64,000 nt of DNA. Origin: an uncultured Ignavibacteriales bacterium (GTDB taxonomy: Bacteria > Bacteroidota > Ignavibacteria > Ignavibacteriales > Melioribacteraceae). The notes beneath the pieces are model-generated. The model had not been told where the DNA came from. It searched no databases and saw only the letters and a program-made list of their open reading frames with translations. Location of the stretch: the NCBI GenBank assembly GCA_947311785.1, contig CAMZLW010000079.1, forward strand, positions 4,016 to 68,015. Reading direction: 5' to 3'. Numbering within the stretch: position 1 is the first letter of the stretch; each line of letters opens with the position of its first letter. The translations under genes and the position numbers were made by a program. Below, piece after piece: positions 47,028-56,594 of this stretch.

Positions 47028-49313
47028 ATGAAAATTCTTTTAACAAAATATCTATCTCTTTTATTTCTATTCCTATTGCTTAGTAGCTGTGGGATGTGGA
47101 GTAATTTTACTGCGTATTACAACAGATTTTATATTGCCGAATCGGCATTTGAAGAAGGCGAAGAAGATATTGCACTAAACCAAGAAAAACCTCTTTTCCA
47201 ATTTAAAGAAGAGAAACTTCCAGCAAAAGCAAATAAAAACTTTGATACAGTCATAAAATTCTCATCTAAAATTTTACAATTTAATCAAGATTCAAAATAT
47301 GTTGTTGAGGCAATTTATATGATTGCAAAAGCATATTACTATAAAGCTCAGTATAACAAAGGGCTACGTAAGTTTATTGAGTTAGATAAACTTAATGATA
47401 AAGACTATGGGCTATCAGCAAAACTATGGATTGCAAAATGCGAATTGCAAATGAGAAACTTCCAAGCTGGGCTAGAACATCTCAATCAAGTTAAAACTTT
47501 AGCATTAAAAAATGAAGATGAAAATATTTTATTCCAAGTTTATGTTTCTGAGATTAGCTATTTAATTTATCGCGAAGAATACTCAAAGGCTGTTACAAAA
47601 ATTGAAGAGCTAGCTAATCAAAATTTGGAAGATGAAGTAAAAAGTGAGGTAACATACGAACTTGGAATGTTATATATATCACTAGAAAATTATGAGAAAG
47701 CTGTTAGTGCATTTGAACGTGTTGAAGAGGGTGAGCCAAATTTTGAAATTGAGTTTAAGAGCAAACTTGAATATGCAAAAGCAATAAAGCATTTGGATAG
47801 GGAAGATGAAGCATTAGATAGATTAAATTATTTACGCGATAATACTAAATACGAAAAGTATTGGGATATAATTGATTTAGAAATTGCTCAAATTGAATTA
47901 GAATCAGGAAATGTTGAAATAGCATTAGATATTTTTTATTCCATAGATACTGGCTATACTAAAGATGAAAGTAGTGGTATTGCTGCCTTTATGCAAGGGG
48001 ATATTATGGAGCATATCTATATGGATTATGATAGTGCTAAAATTCTTTACGAAAAAGTTGCAACAAAAAAAGCTCCTAAAGAATATAAAATTGAGGCTCG
48101 TGAAAAATCTAATTTGCTGAAGCAACGTAGTAAACTAACTGAAGAAATATTTACATCAATTAAAGGATATAATTATTTAATTGATACTCTTTTATATAAA
48201 TCGGATTCTCTTGCCTATGCTGGTTACGAGAGTAGAAAAGACTCTGCAATGCAAGTAGCAAACGAACTGAAGGGAGAAAATAGCAGTACCGAGAATGAGA
48301 CTAAAACAAGGCTACGAGGTGCAAGTCGTGGAACATCAAAGGCATTAAAAGATCAATTTAAATACGAAGAAGATTCTCTTTTTACCTACAAGCCAATAAT
48401 GCCTCTTATCTCTCTTGATTCCATACGCAATAAAATTGCAAGCAGTAAGTATGAATTGGGTAACTTATATTTTTCCGATTTAATTGTCCCAGATTCTGCA
48501 TACTTCTATTATCGGGATGTTGTAAATAATTACTCAGACACTAAGTATCAAGCCAAAGGTCTTTATGCTCTTGGAAGTTATTATTTAACGGTGGATAAAA
48601 AACAAAAAGCCGATTCTCTTTTTCAATTTGTTTACGATAATTTTAAAAGTGATCCTGTTGCAAGAGTGGCTGCCATTCGGCTTGGCATTACAATGGAAGA
48701 GCAAAGTTCCGACCCAGCTTTAGAAAAATATTATGTCGCTGAAAATTTAATTGAACAAGAAAAATACTATGATGCGATTGAGGAACTAAATTCAATATAT
48801 AATGATTTTCCTAAGTCGCAATATTCTTCAAAAGCACTCTATTCTATTGGTTGGATTTATGAGAACAAACTATCCGATTATGAAGGAGCAGTTCAATACT
48901 ACGATACACTTAAAGCAAAATATCCTAAAACGGAATATGTAAGAGAGGTTAGTTCCAGGCTATCATTTTATCACCAAGAATTAAAAGCTTTCCAAGATTC
49001 GGTTGCTCGAGTTCACAAAGCAATTGCAGATAGCATTAAGGCAGACAGCCTAGCACAGTTCAAACTTGATTCCTTAGCCAATGCACCAATTATTGATTCT
49101 GTTGCAATTTCAGATTCAAACTCAATTATTGACTCCACATCTATTGTAGATTCAACTGCAAGTATTGATTCAACCACTTCATCAATTGTTGATACAACCA
49201 AAAATATTTCTGATTCAACCCTTACCAAATTTAAGATGGATGAAAATATTTTGGACAGTACAAAAAACAAAGTTCAGTTGAAACGACGTAAATTACCCGT
49301 TGGGGATAGGTGA
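47028..49313 (+). CDS. Large TPR-repeat lipoprotein with Ser/Asp-rich repetitive C-terminus
   Basis: 761 aa. Lipobox LLLSSC, multiple TPR-like Y/A/K-rich repeats, tail DSVAISDSNSIIDSTSIVDSTASIDSTTSSIVDTT. Confidence 0.7.
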   Translation: MKILLTKYLSLLFLFLLLSSCGMWSNFTAYYNRFYIAESAFEEGEEDIALNQEKPLFQFKEEKLPAKANKNFDTVIKFSSKILQFNQDSKYVVEAIYMIAKAYYYKAQYNKGLRKFIELDKLNDKDYGLSAKLWIAKCELQMRNFQAGLEHLNQVKTLALKNEDENILFQVYVSEISYLIYREEYSKAVTKIEELANQNLEDEVKSEVTYELGMLYISLENYEKAVSAFERVEEGEPNFEIEFKSKLEYAKAIKHLDREDEALDRLNYLRDNTKYEKYWDIIDLEIAQIELESGNVEIALDIFYSIDTGYTKDESSGIAAFMQGDIMEHIYMDYDSAKILYEKVATKKAPKEYKIEAREKSNLLKQRSKLTEEIFTSIKGYNYLIDTLLYKSDSLAYAGYESRKDSAMQVANELKGENSSTENETKTRLRGASRGTSKALKDQFKYEEDSLFTYKPIMPLISLDSIRNKIASSKYELGNLYFSDLIVPDSAYFYYRDVVNNYSDTKYQAKGLYALGSYYLTVDKKQKADSLFQFVYDNFKSDPVARVAAIRLGITMEEQSSDPALEKYYVAENLIEQEKYYDAIEELNSIYNDFPKSQYSSKALYSIGWIYENKLSDYEGAVQYYDTLKAKYPKTEYVREVSSRLSFYHQELKAFQDSVARVHKAIADSIKADSLAQFKLDSLANAPIIDSVAISDSNSIIDSTSIVDSTASIDSTTSSIVDTTKNISDSTLTKFKMDENILDSTKNKVQLKRRKLPVGDR

Positions 49314-49379
49314 AATAAGAATCTATAATACTCTACAATTCGTGTTCAACATCCAACAAAATTTATTACGGTTTTATAA

Positions 49380-50033
49380 ATGAATAAAAAAAACCTAAAA
49401 AACATAATTGCCAAGGGCGAAAATTTAACAACTGAATTTAAACAAAGATTTTCCACACATACCAAAATTGCGAAAGAGATAATTGCCTTTGCAAACACAA
49501 AAGGTGGTTTGCTTATTTTTGGAATTGACGATGATGGTTCAATATATGGTGTGGAAAGCGAAAAGGAAATTGCAGAACTACTAAAAGAAACAACAGAGGA
49601 ATACTGCGAACCCAAAATTGATTACAAATTAAATTTCATAGAAATATTTGGACGCGAAATTGTTGTTGCCGAAATTAAAGAATCGGACTATAAACCACAC
49701 CGTATTCAAGATTATGAAAGAACGCTTGATTTAACTAAAGCCGAAGTATATGTGCGTGTTAACGATAAAAGTATTCCAGCAAGCAAAGAGATGATTAAAA
49801 TTCTGCAGGCCGAAAGCAATAATTCAAGGTTAGCAAAATATTCAATAGGCAAAAATGAAGAGATCGTTTTTGAATACTTACAAGAAAATGATTCAATTTC
49901 TGTAGTAGAACTAAAGGGGTTGGCAAACATTTCACACAGAAGAGCCTCGCGTACACTAATTAAAATGGTACGAGCAAATTTATTATACATTCACACAAAA
50001 GAGAACGGACAATCCTTTTTTACTGGATTGTAA
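49380..50033 (+). CDS. AlbA_2 (Schlafen-like, putative DNA-binding) domain protein with C-terminal winged-helix
   Basis: 217 aa. GENLTTEFKQ...IIAFANTKGGLLIFGIDDDGSIYGV is the AlbA_2 signature. C-terminal HTH-like ISVVELKGLANISHRRASRTLIKMV. Confidence 0.7.
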   Translation: MNKKNLKNIIAKGENLTTEFKQRFSTHTKIAKEIIAFANTKGGLLIFGIDDDGSIYGVESEKEIAELLKETTEEYCEPKIDYKLNFIEIFGREIVVAEIKESDYKPHRIQDYERTLDLTKAEVYVRVNDKSIPASKEMIKILQAESNNSRLAKYSIGKNEEIVFEYLQENDSISVVELKGLANISHRRASRTLIKMVRANLLYIHTKENGQSFFTGL

Positions 50034-50044
50034 AGGCGAAAGTG

Positions 50045-51160
50045 TTAGAATAAAATACAAACAGGAGTTGGTGCTTTTACTTTGGAAATATAAGTTAATA
50101 AGCCAGTTGCCTTCTTGCGTTTGAACGAAACAATATTATTTGTATGTTGATTTGCAACAAGTAGATAATTGTTATCAGGCGATAATGAAAAATTTCGTGG
50201 ACCATCGCCCCTTGTTGGTTCGTCTCCTATTAGATTCAAAACTCCAGCATATTTATCAACCTCAAAAATTGCAATACTGTTATGCCCTCTGTTGGAGGCA
50301 TATAGAAAATTCCCATCATTAGAAATATGAATATCAGCACAAGTATTAGACTCAGAAAAATTTATAGGGAGAGTTGAAATAGAAAATCCCTTTTTATATT
50401 TGCCAGAATCTAAAATAATAATTTGTGTTATAGTTGAGTTAAGTTCATTTGCAACATAAAAGTATTTTCCGTTTGGATGAAAAGCCAAATGTCTCGGCCC
50501 CGCACCATTACTCATCGTAATGCTATTTTGCTCAAGTAAAACTAATTTGTTAGCTACACTATCTATTTGCGAAAATATAAGTTCGTTAGTTCCTAAATCG
50601 ATAGAAACTACTTTATTACTATTTGGTTGAAACCAAACTGAATGTGCATGCGGTGCCTTTTGTCTATTAGTCCCTCCGTTTCCGTAGTGTTGCTGTATAT
50701 CTAACAAATTACTGATTTCGCCATTACTATTTAGTTTTAGTAACCCAACATTTCCACCAGTATAATTAGCGATTAATATAAAACCAGATTTATTAATAGC
50801 TACAAAACAAGGGTGAGCACCACCAGAAGAACTTCGGTTAATAAATTTTAAACTGTCATCAGCAATTAGAAACGATTCAACAGAGCCAACACCATTTTCA
50901 TTAATTTCGTTAATGGCTAATAAAAAATTTTTGTCGTAAGATATTGTTAAAAATGATGGATTATCAGATTTTGCAGCTAAACCAGTTTGTTTAAGTTTGC
51001 CATCTTTTTGTAAAGTATATTTGTAAATTCCTTGGCTATCCCCATTTGTATAAGTCCCCACATAAAACGAATATTCTGTTTCCTTAACCATTTCTTTTAC
51101 CTTGTTTGTGTTGCAACTTAAAAATAGAAGTATAGAAATTATTGCTATATAAACTTTCAT
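50045..51160 (-). CDS. Lactonase-family 7-bladed beta-propeller (6-phosphogluconolactonase-like), secreted
   Basis: 371 aa. Signal/lipobox-like N-terminus (LLFLSC), GAGPRHLAFHPNGKYFYVANELNSTI and GDGPRNFSLSPDNNYLLVANQ repeats. Confidence 0.8.
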   Translation of the reverse strand: MKVYIAIISILLFLSCNTNKVKEMVKETEYSFYVGTYTNGDSQGIYKYTLQKDGKLKQTGLAAKSDNPSFLTISYDKNFLLAINEINENGVGSVESFLIADDSLKFINRSSSGGAHPCFVAINKSGFILIANYTGGNVGLLKLNSNGEISNLLDIQQHYGNGGTNRQKAPHAHSVWFQPNSNKVVSIDLGTNELIFSQIDSVANKLVLLEQNSITMSNGAGPRHLAFHPNGKYFYVANELNSTITQIIILDSGKYKKGFSISTLPINFSESNTCADIHISNDGNFLYASNRGHNSIAIFEVDKYAGVLNLIGDEPTRGDGPRNFSLSPDNNYLLVANQHTNNIVSFKRKKATGLLTYISKVKAPTPVCILF

Positions 51161-51169
51161 AATTATTCT

Positions 51170-51709
51170 TTAACTTTTTGTGTCGTAAACTTTTCGGAAT
51201 TCAAAAATTGAAATTCCATACGCCACAGCTACGTTAAGGGATTGTTTAATTCCGTACTGTGGAATCTCAACTGCAAAATCACATAAATCTATTAACTCTT
51301 GTGAAACACCAGTAACTTCATTGCCAACAACTAATGCAATAGGAAATTCGCTACTTTTAATTGAATAGTGAACTCTGCTGTTATGTGCTTGTTCTAAAGC
51401 ACAAATTTTTACTCCATTTGATTTTAATCTTTTTATTACTTCGGTAGCATCTTCAACATACTCCCACTCAACACTTTCTGTTGAACCCAGTGCTGTCTTA
51501 AGTATTTCTTTCTTTGGCGGATGCGGAGTGTATCCACAAAGGAATAATTTCTTAATCATTGCACCATCCGAAGTGCGAAATATTGAGCCAACATTATAAC
51601 TACTTCGGATGCTATTTAGAATTACATATACAGGTAGTTTATCAACAGTATCAAGTGTTTCAAGTGTACTTCTATTTTTGGTAATCTCTTCGTGAGTAAG
51701 TTTTTTCAT
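51170..51709 (-). CDS. SpoU/TrmH-family RNA 2'-O-methyltransferase (short form)
   Basis: 179 aa. NVGSIFRTSD, LVVGNEVTGVS and SLNVAVAYGI SPOUT motifs. Confidence 0.85.
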   Translation of the reverse strand: MKKLTHEEITKNRSTLETLDTVDKLPVYVILNSIRSSYNVGSIFRTSDGAMIKKLFLCGYTPHPPKKEILKTALGSTESVEWEYVEDATEVIKRLKSNGVKICALEQAHNSRVHYSIKSSEFPIALVVGNEVTGVSQELIDLCDFAVEIPQYGIKQSLNVAVAYGISIFEFRKVYDTKS

Positions 51710-51755
51710 TTTCTATATTTTTATAGAAAAGCCAATAAATGGCTTTTCATATTTA

Positions 51756-52823
51756 TCAATTATCAACTCTTAATTCGTCCGTTGCCAACTGCCCACAAGC
51801 GGCAGCAATATCATCCCCTTGCGTACTACGAACAACAACAACAATATTGTTGTCGCTAAGTTTTTGTACAAACGCCTTTATATCGGAAGCAGAAGTAGGC
51901 TCTAACTCTTTTGACACTCCATCTTGAACCATGTGAGCAATGCTATTAAAAGGAATGATGTTTATTTTAGAGGGAAGACTTCGGCACAATTTAGTTATAG
52001 CCTTAACATCTTCATCCCTATCATTAACACCTTTTAACATTACATATTCAAACATTACTCGCGTATCAGTAATGCGTCCATAATAGCGTATGGCTTCAAT
52101 CACATCGTTTAAAGGATACTTAATGTTTATTGGCATAATTTTGCTTCGCACATCGTCAAAAGCGGAATGCAATGATAGAGCTAACTTAACTCGGTATGGT
52201 GAATCGGCTAATGCAATTATTTTTTCTGGAATTCCAGAAGTAGAAACAGTAATTCTTCTTCGGCTAATTCTATTTGCGTGCCTTCCAGTAAAAACGCCAA
52301 CTGCATCCAAAGTATTTTGGAAATTTATAAGTGGCTCCCCCATTCCCATAAAAACAATATTTGTAATAACATTCTTTCCAACCTCGCTGGCCACTAAGAG
52401 ATATTGGTCAACAATTTCACTAAGTGTTAGGTTACGTTTAAATCCCATTATTCCAGTAGCACAAAATTTACAATCTAACGGACATCCAACTTGTGTTGAA
52501 ATACAAAGTGTATTTCTTTGTGAGTCTGGAATTAAAACTGTTTCTATGGAATAATTATCTTTTGTTGAAAACAAATATTTTTTAGTCCTTGATTGTGTAG
52601 AACTTTGAACTGTTTTTAACGTAAGAGTTTTTACTGTAAAATCTTTTTCAAGTTTTCTTCTAAGTTTTTTAGGAATTGTTCCCATATCTTCAAAACTAGT
52701 AACAAGGTTATTATATAACCAATTAAAAACCTGAGAAGCACGAAATCTCTTTTCACCTATTGACGAAAAATAATTTTCAAGCTCTGTAAGGGTTAAACCT
52801 TTTATTTCATTTTTTTTATTCAT
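51756..52823 (-). CDS. rlmN: 23S rRNA/tRNA A2503-type C2 methyltransferase, radical SAM
   Basis: 355 aa. FRASQVFNWLY N-terminal domain, CPLDCKFCATG cluster motif, C-terminal DIAAACGQL. Confidence 0.93.
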   Translation of the reverse strand: MNKKNEIKGLTLTELENYFSSIGEKRFRASQVFNWLYNNLVTSFEDMGTIPKKLRRKLEKDFTVKTLTLKTVQSSTQSRTKKYLFSTKDNYSIETVLIPDSQRNTLCISTQVGCPLDCKFCATGIMGFKRNLTLSEIVDQYLLVASEVGKNVITNIVFMGMGEPLINFQNTLDAVGVFTGRHANRISRRRITVSTSGIPEKIIALADSPYRVKLALSLHSAFDDVRSKIMPINIKYPLNDVIEAIRYYGRITDTRVMFEYVMLKGVNDRDEDVKAITKLCRSLPSKINIIPFNSIAHMVQDGVSKELEPTSASDIKAFVQKLSDNNIVVVVRSTQGDDIAAACGQLATDELRVDN

Positions 52824-52948
52824 AGTTGCTAATATAATATAGATGTTAATGAGTTTCCAAAAATTATCTTTTTCTAAACTTCAAATATTGATATTGCAGT
52901 GTGGAATAATTAGCTTTATTCTGAATATAAAAATTAAAGGAACTAATT

Positions 52949-54091
52949 ATGAAATTTACTTTAACAGAAGAACAAGCTATGATTCAAGAGATGGTGCGTG
53001 ATTTTGCACAAACTGAAATTGCACCATCTGCAATTGAAAGAGATAAAAGTGAAGAGTTTCCTGCCGAGATAATAAAAAAAATGGCAGAACTTGGTCTGAT
53101 GGGAATGATGGTTAACCCCAAGTATGATGGGGCTGGAATGGATACTATTAGTTATTGTTTAGCAATGATGGAAATTTCAAAAGTAGATGCAGCAGTTGGT
53201 GTTATAATGTCTGTTAATAATTCTTTGGTAACTTTTGGGCTTGAGAAATGGGGCTCAGATTTTATAAAAGAGAAATATTTAAAACCACTTGCGCGTGGCG
53301 AAAAGCTTGGAGCCTTTGCTCTATCTGAACCAGAGGCTGGCAGCGATGCAACAAGACAGCAAACTAATGCTGTAAAAGATGGCAACCATTGGATTATTAA
53401 TGGGATTAAAAATTGGATAACTAACGGAGAATCTGCCGATTACTATATTGTAATTGCACAAACTGATAAAGAGAAAAAGCATCATGGCATTACTGCGTTT
53501 GTTGTGGAAAAAGGAACTCCAGGCTTTGAACATGGTGTGCATGAAAATAAAATGGGAATTCGTAGTTCCGATACTTGTTCATTAACATTTACAGATTGCA
53601 GAGTTCCAGAAGAAAATGTTATTTGGGAAGTTGGCAAAGGATTTAACTTTGCTATGAACACACTTAATGGTGGGCGTTATGGAATTGCATCCCAAGCCGT
53701 TGGTATTGCTCAAGCTTCGTTAGATGCAGCAATTAAATATGCTAAAGAGAGAAAGGCATTTGGAACTGAAATTGCAAACCATCAAGCAATTCAATTTAAA
53801 ATTGCTGATATGGCAACACGAGCCGAAGCCGCAAAGCTACTAACACTTCAAGCCGCAGCATTAAAAGATGAAGGTAAACCATACATAAAAGAAGCTTCTA
53901 TGGCAAAACTTTTTGCATCAGAAGCTGCTACAAAAAATGCACTTGAAGCAATTCAAATTCACGGGGGCTATGGCTATGTAAGGGAATATCAGGTGGAAAG
54001 ATTTTTACGAGATGCCAAGATAACAGAAATTTATGAAGGCACATCAGAAATTCAACGAATAGTAATTGGACGACAATTACTCAGAGATTAA
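52949..54091 (+). CDS. Acyl-CoA dehydrogenase (short/medium-chain type)
   Basis: 380 aa. ALSEPEAGSD, GGYGY..EY.VERFLRDAKITEIYEGTSEIQR with catalytic Glu. Confidence 0.93.
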   Translation: MKFTLTEEQAMIQEMVRDFAQTEIAPSAIERDKSEEFPAEIIKKMAELGLMGMMVNPKYDGAGMDTISYCLAMMEISKVDAAVGVIMSVNNSLVTFGLEKWGSDFIKEKYLKPLARGEKLGAFALSEPEAGSDATRQQTNAVKDGNHWIINGIKNWITNGESADYYIVIAQTDKEKKHHGITAFVVEKGTPGFEHGVHENKMGIRSSDTCSLTFTDCRVPEENVIWEVGKGFNFAMNTLNGGRYGIASQAVGIAQASLDAAIKYAKERKAFGTEIANHQAIQFKIADMATRAEAAKLLTLQAAALKDEGKPYIKEASMAKLFASEAATKNALEAIQIHGGYGYVREYQVERFLRDAKITEIYEGTSEIQRIVIGRQLLRD

Positions 54092-54109
54092 TTAATAAGG
54101 TAATAATAA

Positions 54110-54385
54110 ATGAGAAAAATCATTGAGGCGAAAGCACTTCCAAATAAAATTATATATGCAAAATATTCAAACGGAATGGAAGGCAAGGTATCGCTTAAAA
54201 AGTTAACAACAAGAGAGCAGTATGCTAAATTAGAAAACATCGATGTTTTCACAGATGTGCAAATTGATGAAAAATCTGGCGATATTATTGTAAATGGAAA
54301 TATTGAACTTTGTAAAAACGCCCTATACGGTATCTTGGATTTAAAAAAACAAATGGCAGGGCTTGGATTATCAATGGATGACTAA
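54110..54385 (+). CDS. DUF2442-like small protein
   Basis: 91 aa. IIEAKALPNKIIYAKYSNGMEGKVSLKKL resembles the DUF2442 beta-rich N-terminus. Its stop overlaps the next start by 1 nt (TAATG). Confidence 0.55.
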   Translation: MRKIIEAKALPNKIIYAKYSNGMEGKVSLKKLTTREQYAKLENIDVFTDVQIDEKSGDIIVNGNIELCKNALYGILDLKKQMAGLGLSMDD

Positions 54386-54819
54386 TGAAAGTAATTACTT
54401 TAATTATACTTATTACATCTAATTTTATTTATTCGCAATCTGATTGGGAACGATGGGGAAAAGTGGATATTTGCTATTCCCCTTATTCGCATAGCATTAA
54501 CGAGCATACAATAGAAATGGAAGCATCTGTTTTAACAGTACTGAAAGATGGCTATTCATTTTTCATCTCAGATTTGGATGGAGATAATTGTCCGTTCTAC
54601 CCAACGTGTTCATCTTTTTTTGTGGAGTCGGTTAGCGAAACAAATATTTTAAAAGGAACACTAATGTTTGCCGATAGATTTACGAGAGATTCAAATTTGT
54701 TTAAAACTCGCAAACACTATGCAACTCATATTTCTGGAAAATTATACGACCCAATAAAGAATTATTTATTAATTGATAGCACCATTATATATTCTTCAAG
54801 AGAAGAGTTGGCAAAATAA
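54385..54819 (+). CDS. YidD-like (hemolytic-domain/DUF37) protein with N-terminal signal peptide and extension
   Basis: 144 aa. DGDNCPFYPTCSSFFVESV...GTLMFADRFTRD corresponds to the CxFxPTCSxY...RxxRC core of YidD. Roughly twice the usual YidD length. Confidence 0.6.
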   Translation: MKVITLIILITSNFIYSQSDWERWGKVDICYSPYSHSINEHTIEMEASVLTVLKDGYSFFISDLDGDNCPFYPTCSSFFVESVSETNILKGTLMFADRFTRDSNLFKTRKHYATHISGKLYDPIKNYLLIDSTIIYSSREELAK

Positions 54820-55701
54820 ATGATTACTTATAGATTAATACAAATTACATATTTGTTTCTTCTAGAAATTATTTTTGCATCTACTAATTTAGTAGCACAA
54901 ACAAACAATGACATTTTCTCTACACAAAACAGAATTGCTTTTGGAAATAATCTTTTTTGCGAAAGAGATTATTTAAGAGCTATAGATGAGTTTAAGTTCG
55001 TGTTAAAAAGTGAGTGGAATGATTCTTTGCAATTTAAAATTGCGACCTCCTACCTTAGAATGAGTGATTATAACCAAGCCTACAAAGAGTATCAGAAGAT
55101 TTGTAAAAATTCGCTGTTGTATGAACAAAGTCAATATGAAAAATTGAGGTCTTTGTTTAAGTCAGAAAACTATTCATTTCTGAATAACCAAGTGGATAAG
55201 CAAATATTAAATTCAAAATTAAACTCGTTACAAATATTAAGGCTACGAAACTCCGCACTACTTTTGGAGGATAAAACATTGCCAGAAAAAAACGACTTTG
55301 TCTCTGTATATGTAGAGAATGACAAAACAAAAATGTCTGAGTTTTATAATTGGAAATCAAAACCTCCATTTAAAAGCCCAACAACAGCTGCAATTATGTC
55401 GGCACTAATACCCGGCTCTGGAAAAATTTATGCAGATGAAATTGGTGATGGAATTACTGCATTTTTATTAACAGGATTATTTACATATTTATCAGTTGAT
55501 AAATTTAATAACAACCACAATGCAAGCGGATGGCTATACGCATCACTTGCAGCATTTTTCTATGCAGGTAATGTTTACGGCTCGGCTACTGCTGTACAAA
55601 ATTATAATGCTGGAATAAAATTTAATTTTGATAGCAAAGTGAAATTATTTATAAATGATCGAAATCAATTTTTACCAACTCCAAAACATTTGTGCAATTA
55701 G
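54820..55701 (+). CDS. TPR-like protein with C-terminal PGSG-motif membrane domain (paralog 1)
   Basis: 293 aa. N-terminal hydrophobic signal, TPR-like helices, C-terminal helices containing ALIPGSGKIYADEIGDGITAFLL. Start abuts the previous stop (TAAATG). Confidence 0.55.
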   Translation: MITYRLIQITYLFLLEIIFASTNLVAQTNNDIFSTQNRIAFGNNLFCERDYLRAIDEFKFVLKSEWNDSLQFKIATSYLRMSDYNQAYKEYQKICKNSLLYEQSQYEKLRSLFKSENYSFLNNQVDKQILNSKLNSLQILRLRNSALLLEDKTLPEKNDFVSVYVENDKTKMSEFYNWKSKPPFKSPTTAAIMSALIPGSGKIYADEIGDGITAFLLTGLFTYLSVDKFNNNHNASGWLYASLAAFFYAGNVYGSATAVQNYNAGIKFNFDSKVKLFINDRNQFLPTPKHLCN

Positions 55702-56535
55702 ATGAAAAAAGCATTTTATATATCTATAATTTTATTTAGTTGGATTGGATTTACTAAAGCCCAAGACTTGAAATTGCAGAAGCATTATGCAGACTCCCTT
55801 TTTCAGTCTGAACAATTTTTTGATGCAATCACAGAATATAAAAGATTGATGTTCTTTTCTAATTCTGATGAAAATAATTACGATACAAATTTTCGTATTG
55901 CCCTATGTTATAAGGCTGGAGGTAAATATAACGCTGCAATTAAGCATTTTAATATTGCAAAGGTCTATTCCATCAACACTCAAGATTCTATTGCTACTGA
56001 ACTACAAATAATTAGGACAAATATTTTAAGACGAACTATCCCCGAAGCCTTGCTGTTACTAAACAATATGGATGGAGCCTACAAAAACAAAATTGATTCC
56101 AGCAAAATAATCTATTGGCGTGGGTGGGCTTACCTAATGGCAGATGATTGGGAATTGGCATCAGAAGAATTTCAAAAATTAAACAAATTCCACCCAATTA
56201 AAACTCTAGCAGATAGTGTTAATGCAAAAAAATATTCTGTTGTTTTTGCAAAAGTAGCTTCATTTATTATCCCTGGTTCGGGACAGTTTTATACTGGTAA
56301 TTATTTATCTGGAATTATGTCCCTCGGCTGGAATCTGATGTTCGGATATTTAACAATAAATGCTTTCCTTACGGATAGAGCGGTGGAAGGGATTTTAATT
56401 GGAAGTCTCCTCTGGACACGGTTCTACAAAGGTAATTTCCAAAATGCAGAAAAATTTGCTGTTGAACGGAATAAAAAAATATCCAACAAAGCGTATGAAT
56501 TTTTATCTAAAAAATATGTAGGCGAAAAGCCTTAA
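55702..56535 (+). CDS. TPR-like protein with C-terminal PGSG-motif membrane domain (paralog 2)
   Basis: 277 aa, same architecture as paralog 1. FIIPGSGQFYTGNYLSGIMSLGW. Start abuts the previous stop (TAGATG). Confidence 0.55.
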   Translation: MKKAFYISIILFSWIGFTKAQDLKLQKHYADSLFQSEQFFDAITEYKRLMFFSNSDENNYDTNFRIALCYKAGGKYNAAIKHFNIAKVYSINTQDSIATELQIIRTNILRRTIPEALLLLNNMDGAYKNKIDSSKIIYWRGWAYLMADDWELASEEFQKLNKFHPIKTLADSVNAKKYSVVFAKVASFIIPGSGQFYTGNYLSGIMSLGWNLMFGYLTINAFLTDRAVEGILIGSLLWTRFYKGNFQNAEKFAVERNKKISNKAYEFLSKKYVGEKP

Positions 56536-56594
56536 AATATTTTGGAAATATTGTTTATCTTTAAAATCAAAATTGAAATAGAATGGAGAAATAA

